Below are positions 52,146 to 61,485 of a stretch of DNA of 64,000 bases, in pieces (within the stretch, counting starts at the first letter, position 1; each line of letters starts with the position of its first letter). The DNA is from an uncultured delta proteobacterium. GTDB lineage: Bacteria > Desulfobacterota > Desulfobacteria > Desulfobacterales > JAFDCJ01. Below the pieces are notes generated by a model that did not search any database, had not been told where the DNA came from, and worked only from the letters and a program-made list of their open reading frames with translations. Location of the stretch: NCBI GenBank assembly GCA_963769935.1, contig CAVYNY010000008.1:128001-192000 (forward strand), written 5' to 3'. Position numbers and translations under genes: made by a program.

Positions 52146-52540
52146 TTGAGGAAAAATCTGACTTTCTTCAGCTTGGGCAGGATCCTTAAAAAACTCAATC
52201 GCATTCATATTCAGATCAACTCCGATCACAGCACACCCTTTCTCTCCGAGCCGTAGGCTCTACGAGCCGGAGGCCAAAGCCTCGCTTCTTCTGGCTATCC
52301 GAATATGCCTACCAGCGCCGGTATATCAAAATCAATCCCGACGGGCGTATTGTCGGCGGACTGGCCAGATTCATATCTTCCCTGATCGATTTCTCTTTTA
52401 TCAGATCCATCGTGGCCCACCGGTACTGCACCATCGGCTTGGCCTATGACCCCGTCAGCCTCTTCTTGCTGGAGCTTTTCCGATACATCGAAAAGTATCC
52501 CGACATGAAAGCGTTTGTCGATATCCTGCGCGACCTATGA
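52146..52540 (+). pseudogene. N-terminal fragment of a DDE transposase (IS1182/IS5-like N-domain), disrupted and truncated
   Basis: LIDFSFIRSIVAHRY...G..YDPVSLF pattern; frame broken by a 38-nt hairpin insert; ends at ~52540. Confidence 0.6.
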
Positions 52541-52824
52541 TACCTCCTTTCATTCTCAATCTTATCCAACGTGAATAGCCCTGATCCCAGACTGCCTGCA
52601 TGAATTTTTTCTTCGGTGATGAAGAATCGGGGCTCTTTTGGGAACAGCGATTTAATTCCATACCAAAATCATCGGTCTAAAAGCATGCCATGTCCAGCGG
52701 TCAAAATTGGCCACATCCAATCTGATTCCTTTTAATTCCCCCCATTAGAAAAATACATTTAATTCCGGTCCGTTTTGCATCACCATGATCGGGTCAATTC
52801 ATCGAATCGGTTATGGTGGCGAAC

Positions 52825-53271
52825 ATGGAGCAGATTCCTTGTATTTATTGCGGCGATTTTTTCGACCCCAGTCCCAGGCACAAAAATCAGAGTGCTTGTA
52901 AGAAAGAAGTTTGTCAGAAAGCCAGAAAGGCCGCCTGGCAGCGCTATAAGCTCAAGCATGATGCTGTTTACCGCGCCAATCAGAAAAGCAGCCAGCGACA
53001 ATGGCTTGCCGGCAAGCCGGGATACTGGAAAGCCTATCGCAAGAAAAACCCCGAAAAGGCTGAGCGGAATCGAATCCTTCAGCGGCAACGCAACCGCAAA
53101 GCGCGCTGTCTGCCGGCAGTTGTAAAGATGGATCCGTCGTTGATTGCAAAGATGGATCCGTCAAAATCTGATAATTTCCAGATACTTGGTCAATTTTGGC
53201 TGGTTCCGGTGATTGCAAAGATGGACGCGTTAAAAGTTAATATTGTCAAAATTCCAATAGTTTACCCGTGA
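52825..53271 (+). CDS. Basic Cys-containing hypothetical protein of the IS21-like element
   Basis: CIYC...C....C N-terminus, Lys/Arg-rich helix, repeated [V/A]KMD at the C-terminus. Confidence 0.65.
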   Translation: MEQIPCIYCGDFFDPSPRHKNQSACKKEVCQKARKAAWQRYKLKHDAVYRANQKSSQRQWLAGKPGYWKAYRKKNPEKAERNRILQRQRNRKARCLPAVVKMDPSLIAKMDPSKSDNFQILGQFWLVPVIAKMDALKVNIVKIPIVYP

Positions 53272-53284
53272 TTGCAAAGATGCC
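53120..53284 (+). repeat. Four direct repeats TTG(C/T)AAAGATG
   Basis: Copies start at 53120, 53144, 53213 and 53272; three extend to TGATTGCAAAGATG. Confidence 0.8.
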
Positions 53285-53349
53285 TTCGTTAGGCCCAGGG
53301 GATGGGCCATGATATTTTGGCCGCAAATTGCTTAAAGGGAGAAACGGCC

Positions 53350-53727
53350 ATGATAAGAAAAAAGATTTTAAACCCCGAGCGCATTCGAAGCATCAAGGGC
53401 GGCGGCTTCAGTTTTATTCCCCACCGATTTGTCACCGACGGTTTCCTGCAACAGCTCAGCGGCGCCGAGCTGTTGTTGTATCTGTTTTTGGTAGCTGTAT
53501 CGGATCGATATGGCCTTTCGTTTTACAGCGACGAGTCGATTTGCACGCTGCTTCACATGTCATCGGAAAATTACCAGAGCGCCATAAAGGGGCTGATCCA
53601 CAAAGATCTCATCGCCTTTGACGGAACCCTTTTTCAAGTGCTGGAGCTGCCGTCGGCCCCAGGCGGGCAAGCTGCCTGTCCGGCAGCGCTGGACGAGCTT
53701 TGCCGCAACCTATTTAAGGAGGTGTGA
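53350..53727 (+). CDS. Helix-turn-helix protein of the IS21-like element
   Basis: GFSFIPHRF...LLLYLFLVAVSDRYGLSFYSD..IC.LL.....Y..A...LI..DLI; GGAG RBS. Confidence 0.7.
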   Translation: MIRKKILNPERIRSIKGGGFSFIPHRFVTDGFLQQLSGAELLLYLFLVAVSDRYGLSFYSDESICTLLHMSSENYQSAIKGLIHKDLIAFDGTLFQVLELPSAPGGQAACPAALDELCRNLFKEV

Positions 53728-53729
53728 CA

Positions 53730-54960
53730 TGATTGACCGACAAACGGTTTTTGAAATCCACCGGCTTCATCATCTGAGTTTTACGGAGAGAAAAATTGCC
53801 CGAACCCTCAGAATCAGCAGACCGACCGTCAGACGCTATCTTGAAAATCCGCAACCGCAAAAGCCGAAAATATCGCGTAGCTCAAAACTTGATTCCTATC
53901 AGGAGCGTATCCGGCAGCTGCTTGAAAAAGATCCCGAAGTCAAAGCCCCGGTGCTGCTGCAGCGGCTCCAACAGGAGGGCTTTGATGGAAAAATTACCAT
54001 CCTGCGCGATTGTCTGAGGCGCCTGCGGGGACAACAAAGACAGCCGACGCCCTTTATCCGGTTTGAGTCCAGGCCCGGGCAGCAAATGCAAATCGACTGG
54101 GGGCATTTTGGCGTGCTTGCATATGGAGAGAGCATGCGAAAGCTCTATGCCCTGGCGGTGATTGAAGGCTACAGCCGGGCGGCATACGTCGAATTTACCC
54201 ACAGCCAAAATCAGGCCTGCCTGCATCAGGCGCTTTTAAATGCGTTTGCTTACTTTGGGGGATCCCCCGAAGAAGTTGTGGTCGATAACATGCTCAGCGC
54301 CGTGACCGAACGCCATGGGCCGCTGATCCGCTTCAATGACGCGTTTCTTGATTTTTTACGGATCTTTCACATAACCCCCATCGCCTGTAACGTGGCCTCT
54401 CCCCACGAAAAAGGAAAGATCGAAAATTTCATCAAATATCTACGCCAAAACTTCTGGCCTCTTCGAACTTTTAGCGATCTTTGCGATGTCAACGGCCAAG
54501 TCCGACATTGGCTCGATACGCTGGCAAATATCCGCATCCATCAAACCACCGGCAAGCGTCCACTGCAGCGCTTGGCCGAGGCCGTTTTAAGGCCGCTTCC
54601 CGATTTACTTCCCGACTGTCGGCAAACCGAACAGCTCAAAGTCTATAAAGATTTTGCCGTTCGCTTCGATGCAAACGTCTATACCACTCCGCCATGGGCT
54701 ATTGGAAAAAAGGTCACCCTCAAGGCCAACCAAAGCCAGGTCACCATTTATTACCAGGAAAAGAAAATCGCCGTACATAACCGCTGCTGGCAGCGCGGCA
54801 TGCGCATCGAAACTCCTTCGCACAAGGAACAGGTCAAAAAGCTAAAACGCAAACTCTGGCGGGATAAGGATATCGCCGCTTTCTCATCCCTGGGAGCCGA
54901 AGCCGTGGCATATCTGGAGGCCTTGGCCCGAGCGCGGCAACCGATAAAAAGGAACGTCTC
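53730..54960 (+). pseudogene. istA: IS21-family transposase, C-terminus cut by IS5 insertion
   Basis: AGGAGG RBS; HTH IARTLRISRPTVRRYL, RFESRPGQQMQIDWG, VVDNM, EKGKIE, RIHQTT. Confidence 0.88.
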
Positions 54961-56450
54961 GAGACCTTTGCATAACTCCAAGCCGAACCCCCTGAAGCTA
55001 CGCGCCGTCCTTTGATTTATTTTGATAAAAATATCCCGAAAAGTTTCATATGTCGTTGTTTTAACTTGCCTTTTTCACTATTTTGTGCCATAAATCCAGT
55101 AAAATCAACCATCGGGAGGTATCAATGGCCTACAAAAAGTTGAAAAACAACCTCGGATTCGCTGATTTCGCTCTGGCAAGTTCTCTCAAACACAACCGCA
55201 GCCTTAAACTTATGGATAATCTCAACAGTTCCCTGGACTGGCAAAAAATCCAGTCCGTATTAATGAGCCATTATACTGTCGGCACCAACGCTGAAGGCGC
55301 CGATGCCTACCCCCCTTTGTTGCTCTTTAAATGCCTGATGCTGCAAAAGTGGTTTCGAATCAACTCCGATCCGGAACTGGAAAACCAGATCAACGACCGG
55401 CTGTCTTTTAAAAGGTTCTTGCAACTGCCCCTTGATAAGCCCTCGCCGGATCACTCCACTTTCTCACGCTTCAGAAGCCGATTGTCTAAAGAGGCCATGG
55501 ACCAGCTCAACTCCGAGATCCTGCGCCAGTTTGAAGCCCAAGGCCTGGCAATTAATGAAGGCATTGCCGTCGATGCCCGCCTGGTGCAATCCGCCAGTCG
55601 GCCTCTCAGCAATGATGAACTCAAAAAACACCGAGATAAACGAAACTCCCCTGAAGGTAAACTGGATAAAAACGGCAATCCGCTCAAGTTCTGCCGGGAT
55701 CTGCAATCAGACTGGACTGTCAAAAACGATATCCCCCATTTTGGGCTTAAGGAACATGCTTCAATTGATACCAAGCACGGTTTTATCCTGGCCACCACCA
55801 TGACACCGGCCTCCGTTCATGACACCAACTTGCTGCCTTATTGCACCGTTTACAGCCGGCATACTAAACAACCCATCGAAAAAGTATATGCCGACAAAGG
55901 ATACGCCGGTAAACCCAACCGCGACTTTCTGGCTCTCAACAACATCGCTGACGGTATCATGCGAAAAGACTCAACCACTGCTAAATTGACTGAATATGAG
56001 ATAAATCGAAATAAGAACATCTCAAAGGTGCGCTACATCGTTGAGCAGTATTTCGGAATCAGCCATCTGCACGATGGCGCCAAAAGGGCTCGGTTTACAG
56101 ATATCACTAAAAACAAATTTGATGCCTGGTATCGCCAGGCTGCCTATAATATCAGACGGGGACTGAAAATTCTCAAGGTTGCCACCGTCTAAGGTGGACA
56201 GGTGCGCCCAGGGTACTAAAAACCTGGGAACACTTCGAAATAGGCCATAATTCAGGGCCAAAATGAGCCCCAATTCGCTCTCTTTTTGCTAAGCCTGGCG
56301 GCCGATCGAATAAAATTTTTACCCCTCCTCAAAAAAAATTAACGAAAATCCTAAAATCGGTAATCTGCCTAGTTTTTCAAACCTCTTACAACGCAACAAA
56401 AAAATATTTATCCCATAAAATCTTTTTTGACTCTTATTTAACTAAGGTCC
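54961..56450 (+). mobile_element. IS5-family insertion sequence (right end uncertain)
   Basis: Left end GAGACCTTTGCATAA at 54961; intact transposase; only a degenerate candidate right end TTATTTAACTAAGGTCC at 56434-56450. Confidence 0.75.
55125..56192 (+). CDS. IS5-family DDE transposase
   Basis: AYPPLLLFK..LQKW...SDPELE..INDRLSF, PDHSTFSRFR, AVDARLV, GLKEH, YADKGY, RYIVEQYFG. Confidence 0.93.
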   Translation: MAYKKLKNNLGFADFALASSLKHNRSLKLMDNLNSSLDWQKIQSVLMSHYTVGTNAEGADAYPPLLLFKCLMLQKWFRINSDPELENQINDRLSFKRFLQLPLDKPSPDHSTFSRFRSRLSKEAMDQLNSEILRQFEAQGLAINEGIAVDARLVQSASRPLSNDELKKHRDKRNSPEGKLDKNGNPLKFCRDLQSDWTVKNDIPHFGLKEHASIDTKHGFILATTMTPASVHDTNLLPYCTVYSRHTKQPIEKVYADKGYAGKPNRDFLALNNIADGIMRKDSTTAKLTEYEINRNKNISKVRYIVEQYFGISHLHDGAKRARFTDITKNKFDAWYRQAAYNIRRGLKILKVATV

Positions 56451-56510
56451 AAAGTCCGATATATCGAAAGCCCCGTAGATAAACATCTAAGATAACCGGC
56501 CAGGCAGGAT

Positions 56511-57652
56511 TTATGGATTTGCAAGGGCAACGAGCAGTTCCACCACACGCTCGCTCGCATGCCCATCGCCGTATTGCCTGATTTTTTTCCCGCTCTGGCC
56601 GAGAGCGTGGCCTTTAAAATGTCGTCTACATCTGTGCCGGCCAATGTATTCCATCCGGCTTCGACCGTTTCTACCCACTCGGTCTCTTCCCTTAGGGTAA
56701 CGCAGGGGACTCCATGAAAATAGGCTTCCTTCTGAACGCCGCCTGAATCACTAAGGACAACCATCGCATTTTTCTCTAGCTTGAGCATATCCAGAAAAGA
56801 AACAGGATCGATGAGTCGCAAATTTCCAACTGCAAGTCCAGGATTTTTTCTCCTGAGTTCCGCGATTTTTCCCTTGGTTCTGGGATGTACCGGAAAGATG
56901 ACAGGGTATTTCAACATTCCAAATGCAGTAAGGATATTCAGCAACCGATGTGGGTGGTCTGCGTTCTCAGCCCTGTGAACAGTTGCAAGTAGGTAATCTT
57001 TGGCTGAGACCCCAACCTCTTGAAGAATCGTTGACGCACGTTCAGCAATGTCACCAAAAACAACGGCAGCATCGAACATGACATCGCCGATATGAACAAC
57101 CGTCGGCGCCATGTTGTCACCAATATCTTTTTGATTATTTATAATGCCCTCATTTTTTAGGTTCTCAACAGCTGTATGAGTTGGGCAAAAAAGCAGCGTG
57201 GAAACATGGTCGGTTAGGATTCGGTTGATTTCTTCCGGCATTCTCTTGTTGAAAGACCGCAGTCCTGCTTCCACATGGGCAACCGGCACATGAAGCTTTA
57301 CTGCTGCTAAGGCTCCCGCAAGAGTAGAGTTGGTGTCACCATAAACCAGCACCCAGTCGGGCTCGCTGGCAATCATTTGTTTTTCAAGATCGATCAGCAT
57401 CCGGCCGGTCATTTCACCGTGACCAACGTTGTTTATATCTAGATTAACCGTAGGTTCCGGAATGCACATATCCCGAAAGAAAATGCGGCTCATAGAGTCA
57501 TCATAATGCTGGCCCGTATGAATAATCTCTTCTGTAATCTGAGAACCTTTACCGCTCTTGTTGTGTTGGACAATGGCTCGACTGACCATGGCGGCCTTAA
57601 TGAACTGGGGCCTTGCGCCAATGACGGTGAGAACTTTGAGGTTTTTTTTCAA
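56511..57652 (-). CDS. wecB: UDP-N-acetylglucosamine 2-epimerase (non-hydrolysing); frameshift near 56585; start approximate
   Basis: GARPQFIK, HTGQHYD, YGDTNSTLAG, HVEAGLRS, DSGGVQKEA, ETEWVE. The shifted frame ends YGDGHASERVVELL...NP* at 56511. Confidence 0.92.
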
Positions 57653-57699
57653 ATTTCGATTATCAGAGAATGAAGAAATTTTCTTCTTTGCTGCAGATC

Positions 57700-57940
57700 T
57701 CATTTATCAGATGATTGATCGCCGCAGATATTTGAACTTTGGAATCAACGCTATCCATTTATTTCTTTATCCAAGCTCTCTAATCTCTGCTGCAGAGCAT
57801 TCGCAAAGCCAATATTCTGCTGAATATATTCGAGTACATTAGCAGGGCAAATTTATCGGACTCTGCACGAGGTATCTTCAGGCGGAGTTCTGTGAGTTCC
57901 TTTGTATTTTTGTTTACCTCATCGATCTGCTGTATTGTTG
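57700..57940 (-). pseudogene. Internal fragment of a second, diverged wzz-like gene
   Basis: IDEVNKNTKELTELRLKIPRAESDKFALLMYSNI parallels IEAINTNTRQLMKLREGITEGDSDKFALLMYSNI at 58261-58488. Confidence 0.6.
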
Positions 57941-57943
57941 ACG

Positions 57944-59129
57944 TTATTGTAGCTTATCGGTACCAAGATGATTGACCTTGCCATCTCTGTCGAAAATCTG
58001 TTTTCTGGATTTGGAAATGAACTCTGTCAAAAAGGCTGCAAACAATCCAAAGAATCCACCTAAAACCACACTCAATGCGAGTATTTTAAATTTTGCCGGC
58101 TTGACCGGCTTTGGCGTGCTAAAGGGAGCTTGAATGACCTCTATGGGAGACAGAGCAGCAGCCTTTGTCTTCAAAGTTGAAAGCCTTCTGCACCAGACTT
58201 TCCTCTTTCAGTGGTAGTTCTTGATCGCGCTTCAAGTATGAGATCATTGATTTTCATTCTCTATGTTATTGAGCAGTTCGGATCTTTTGGCTGCCTCCAC
58301 TGCAAAATTAGTTTAATTGTCTGTTCAAGCCGGAATATCTGCTGTACAAGATTGGTCACATATTGGATATTTTGCTGAATAATGTTTGAATACATTAAAA
58401 GAGCGAACTTGTCTGAATCGCCTTCCGTAATGCCTTCTCGCAGCTTCATCAGTTGCCGCGTATTTGTATTGATTGCTTCGATCTGCATTTCTCATCCGTT
58501 CAATCAGAGCCGTCGTTTCCTCCGTATTCCTTGTTGATTGAATTGAGTTCTGTCTTGGATCACCAAAGCTTTATTTTTCTGTAAAGCAATATCGTCATCG
58601 ATCCGGGCTTTCTCCACATGAACAAGCTTCAAATCCCGTTCAACGCCTGTCATCTGCTTCATGCAAGATTGTTACGGCTGGCAGCAATATGTCTTGATCC
58701 AAGCTTCTGAGCCGCTTTCTCTGAGAAAATCGATAAGGGATTTAAGAATTTTTTTCCCTTCTTCAGGATTCTGGCGAATCGAAATGTAAAGAAACCATCG
58801 TCGATCCTCGACCCGCTGAAGCGTTTATCTTGGGAAGCACAGCTTTTTTGTCGGTCAACGGTCAATTGAGCTCCCAGGTAACTTTCATTTTGAAACCAAG
58901 TCTGAATATCGGCGACTGAAACTGCACTCACTGGATTGCCATTTTGGTCGTAGCCTGTAATACCCGGAGCAACTTGAGCGATAATTCGATATTTTGGCGT
59001 TGCTATATAGCAATAAATCAATGCCAACCCCACGACCAAAGCGGTAACCCACAGCATGATCCACTTGCGTCGCCAGAGAACGTTAAGAATGTCAGCAAGA
59101 TTGATTTCGTCTTCATGAATATGTACCAT
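57944..59129 (-). CDS. wzz: Wzz-type chain-length determinant (multiple frameshifts)
   Basis: EDEINLADIL..LWRRKW plus TM; coiled-coil middle; PVKP plus TM with GGFFGLFAAF at the C-terminus. Confidence 0.78.
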
Positions 59130-59368
59130 TATTTCCGGCTTGCTCAGGTTGATGATTTTCGGGCATTTAGGGCTCCAAATGAACGTTGTTTGTGGGTTGT
59201 GGGAAGGTTAAAGGTTTAAGGTAAAGGACAAAGGTTAAAGGTTAAAAGATTGAACCGCTAAAAAGAGATTGAACCGCGAAGGCGCAAAGGGCGCGAAGGG
59301 TTTTTGGGTCCGAATCGGGTACACCAGCTGATAAAGCGATAGCTGGTGATACGATTCGAACAAAGTTC

Positions 59369-59635
59369 TCATACCCTGCGGGCATCTGAAGATTCAGTCA
59401 GATCTGTGTCAACTTCCTCTTGATGATCAAAATAGTATGCCAATGCTGAATGGACCTGTGAGGGAGTTAAATGGGGCAAAGTCGTTAGAATTTCGTCAGC
59501 GCTCATCCCCATCTGATAATAACCAGCAACACATCTGACAGTGATTCGAGTCCCAACAATTATAGGTTTTCCATCGGCGATTTTAGGGTCAGATCCAATG
59601 TGGGCATATGTTTTCGTTTGTATTGCTACACTCAT
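59369..59635 (-). CDS. DUF433-family (antitoxin-like) protein
   Basis: DPKIADGKPIIVGTRITV, GMSADEIL..LPHLT..QVHSALAYY.DH.EE; the last codons are supplied by the repeat. Confidence 0.88.
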   Translation of the reverse strand: MSVAIQTKTYAHIGSDPKIADGKPIIVGTRITVRCVAGYYQMGMSADEILTTLPHLTPSQVHSALAYYFDHQEEVDTDLTESSDARRV

Positions 59636-60540
59636 AGTATTTACCTTTCAATTATTTTTTTATCAAGCCTGATATGCCTTTAAAAGTTCAAAATCATACT
59701 TCATAAATAAACGATTGAACCGCGAAGACGCAAAGTGCACGAAGGATTTTTGAGTCCGAATCGGGTACACCCGCCGATAAAAAGCGCCGGCTGGTGTTAC
59801 GATTCGAACAAAGCTCTCATGCCCTGCGGGCAATTTGTTTTGTGGCTAGCGCAGCCATACACCCAATCCTGTATATTTCCTTTGCGTCCTTGGCGTCTTG
59901 AGCAACGCGGGCGGTTATGAAAAAAAAGATTGAACCGCGAAGGCGCGAAGAGCGCGAAGGGGTTTTTTGATCCGAATCGGGTACACCAGCCGATAAAGCG
60001 CCGGCTGGCGATACGATTCGTATAAAGATCACAAGCCCTGCGGGCAATGGGAGTCGATCGCATATATTTTGGGCGAACATTTGATAGGTTGTAGCTTGCG
60101 CAGCCATACACCCAATCCTGTATATTTCCTTTGCGTCCTTGGCGTCTTGAGCAACGCGGGCGGTTAGGAAAAAAAGATGGAACCGCGAAGGCGCAAAGAA
60201 CGCGAAGGGTTTTTGGGTCCGAATCGGGTACACCAGCCGATAAAGCGCCGGCTGGTGTTACGATTCGAACAAAGATCTCATGCCCTGCGGGCAATGGGAG
60301 TCGATCGCATATATTTTGGGCGAACATTTGATAGGTTGTAGCTTGCGCAGCCATACACCCAATCCTGTATATTTCCTTTGCGTCCTTGGCGTCTTGAGCA
60401 ACGCGGGCGGTTAGGAAAAAAAGATTGAACCGCGAAGGCGCAAAGAACGCGAAGGGTTTTTGGGTCCGAATCGGGTACACCGGCCGATAAAGCGCCGGCT
60501 GGTGTTACGATTCGAACAAAGTTCTCATGTCTGCGACAGG

Positions 60541-60924
60541 CTACTCCGGAAAATTGTTAACCATGCGACGGATGCCGTTTTTCATCAGAGTGACATTCCA
60601 GTTCAAAAGAAAGCCGATATTGAGATTGGTAAGTTTCAAATAAGTCAGGAGCTGAGCCTCATGGATGGGAGCAATTTGCTCCACTGTCTTGTTTTCGATG
60701 ATGATGGAATTTTCCACGATCATATCAGCCCTGAAACCTGCATCAATTTTGACATCCCCATACTGCACCGGCACGGGAACTTCACATTTGACAATCAAAC
60801 CGGATCGTTCGAGTTCGTAAGCCAGGCACTTCTGGTAGACCGATTCCAGAAGCCCGGGGCCCAAGGCTTTGTGAACCTTAATGGCGCAATGAACGATCAG
60901 TTTGGCGATTTGTTCGAGTTCCAT
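60541..60924 (-). CDS. GxxExxY protein (PD-(D/E)XK nuclease superfamily)
   Basis: VHKALGPGLLESVY, FRADMIVE..IIIENK, HEAQLLTYLK, GFLLNW; GAGGGGTG RBS. Confidence 0.93.
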   Translation of the reverse strand: MELEQIAKLIVHCAIKVHKALGPGLLESVYQKCLAYELERSGLIVKCEVPVPVQYGDVKIDAGFRADMIVENSIIIENKTVEQIAPIHEAQLLTYLKLTNLNIGFLLNWNVTLMKNGIRRMVNNFPE

Positions 60925-61163
60925 TTTTCACCCCTCTTTGGGGAAAACGATTGAACCGCTAAAAAAGATTGAACCGCGAAGGCGCAAAGAGCGCGAAGGT
61001 TTTTTGGGTCCGAATCGGGTACACCAGCCGATAAAGCGCCGGCTGGTGTTACGATTCGAACAAAGTTCTCATGCCCTGCGGGCAATTTGTTTTGTGGCTA
61101 GCGCAGCCATACACCCAATCCTGTATATTTCCTTTGCGTCCTTGGCGTCTTGAGCGCAGCGGG

Positions 61164-61185
61164 AGCAATACGTACTGGAACCAAG
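61164..61185 (+). other. Degenerate Oxford Nanopore adapter-like sequence at a chimeric junction
   Basis: AGCAATACGTACTGGAACCAAG versus the adapter complement as I recall it, AGCAATACGTAACTGAACGAAG; abrupt GC jump after it. Confidence 0.8.
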
Positions 61186-61215
61186 GCGCGGCAGAACAAA
61201 ACAACGCATTGAGAG

Positions 61216-61485
61216 CGCACGCTCGAGACCGCGCGCCTGCCGTACATCACCATCACGCCCACGTTCTCGATCTGCCCCAGCCACGGCTACCTCGACGGCG
61301 AGCAGCCCACGTGCCCGCTGTGCGCGGCTGACGACAAGGTCACCGAGTGCGAGGTGTGGACCCGAGTGATGGGCTACCACCGCCCGGTGCAGTCCTTCAA
61401 CATCGGCAAGAAGGGCGAACACGCCGAGCGGCTCCACTTCCGCGAGGGCTCCATCGCCAACGGCTCCCTCGCGCGGCCGGAATAA
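61216..61485 (+). CDS. nrdD: Anaerobic ribonucleoside-triphosphate reductase, 3' end only
   Basis: LPYITITPTFSICPSHGYLDGE...CPLC...CEVWTRVMGYHRPVQSFNIGKKGE; not in the ORF track. Confidence 0.9.
   Translation, partial: RTLETARLPYITITPTFSICPSHGYLDGEQPTCPLCAADDKVTECEVWTRVMGYHRPVQSFNIGKKGEHAERLHFREGSIANGSLARPE

Larger units (their letters stand above)
52691..54960 (+). mobile_element. IS21-family element with two upstream accessory genes, truncated on the right
   Basis: Candidate left end TGTCCAGCGGTCAAAATTGGCCAC; two ORFs then istA; istB and the right end are missing. Confidence 0.65.
59248..61155 (+). repeat. Tandem array of six structured ~215-248-bp repeat units with two embedded genes
   Basis: Units start GAT(T/G)GAACCGCGAAG at 59267, 59713, 59928, 60176, 60423 and 60967; short GATTGAACCGCT pre-copies at 59248 and 60949. 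Confidence 0.93.

Noticed and set aside
24113..59129. Programmed phase variation in glycan genes
   Set aside because: The runs at the breaks are mostly short, and the same kind of break hits housekeeping genes, so error is the simpler explanation. It cannot be fully excluded without reads.
59735..60480. ORFs 59797..60480, 59817..60233, 60131..60331 and similar ORFs at 21450-21857, 30816 and 60897
   Set aside because: They are translations of the repeat unit in several frames, with no independent coding evidence.
59248..61155. CRISPR array
   Set aside because: Units are 215-248 bp with near-identical internal parts, not short repeats with unique spacers; no cas genes are present.
59267..61155. 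Canonical integron attC sites
   Set aside because: The hairpin begins GT(C/T)CGAA and ends TTCGAAC, not RYYYAAC...GTTRRRY, and no integrase is in the window. Only the architecture is integron-like.
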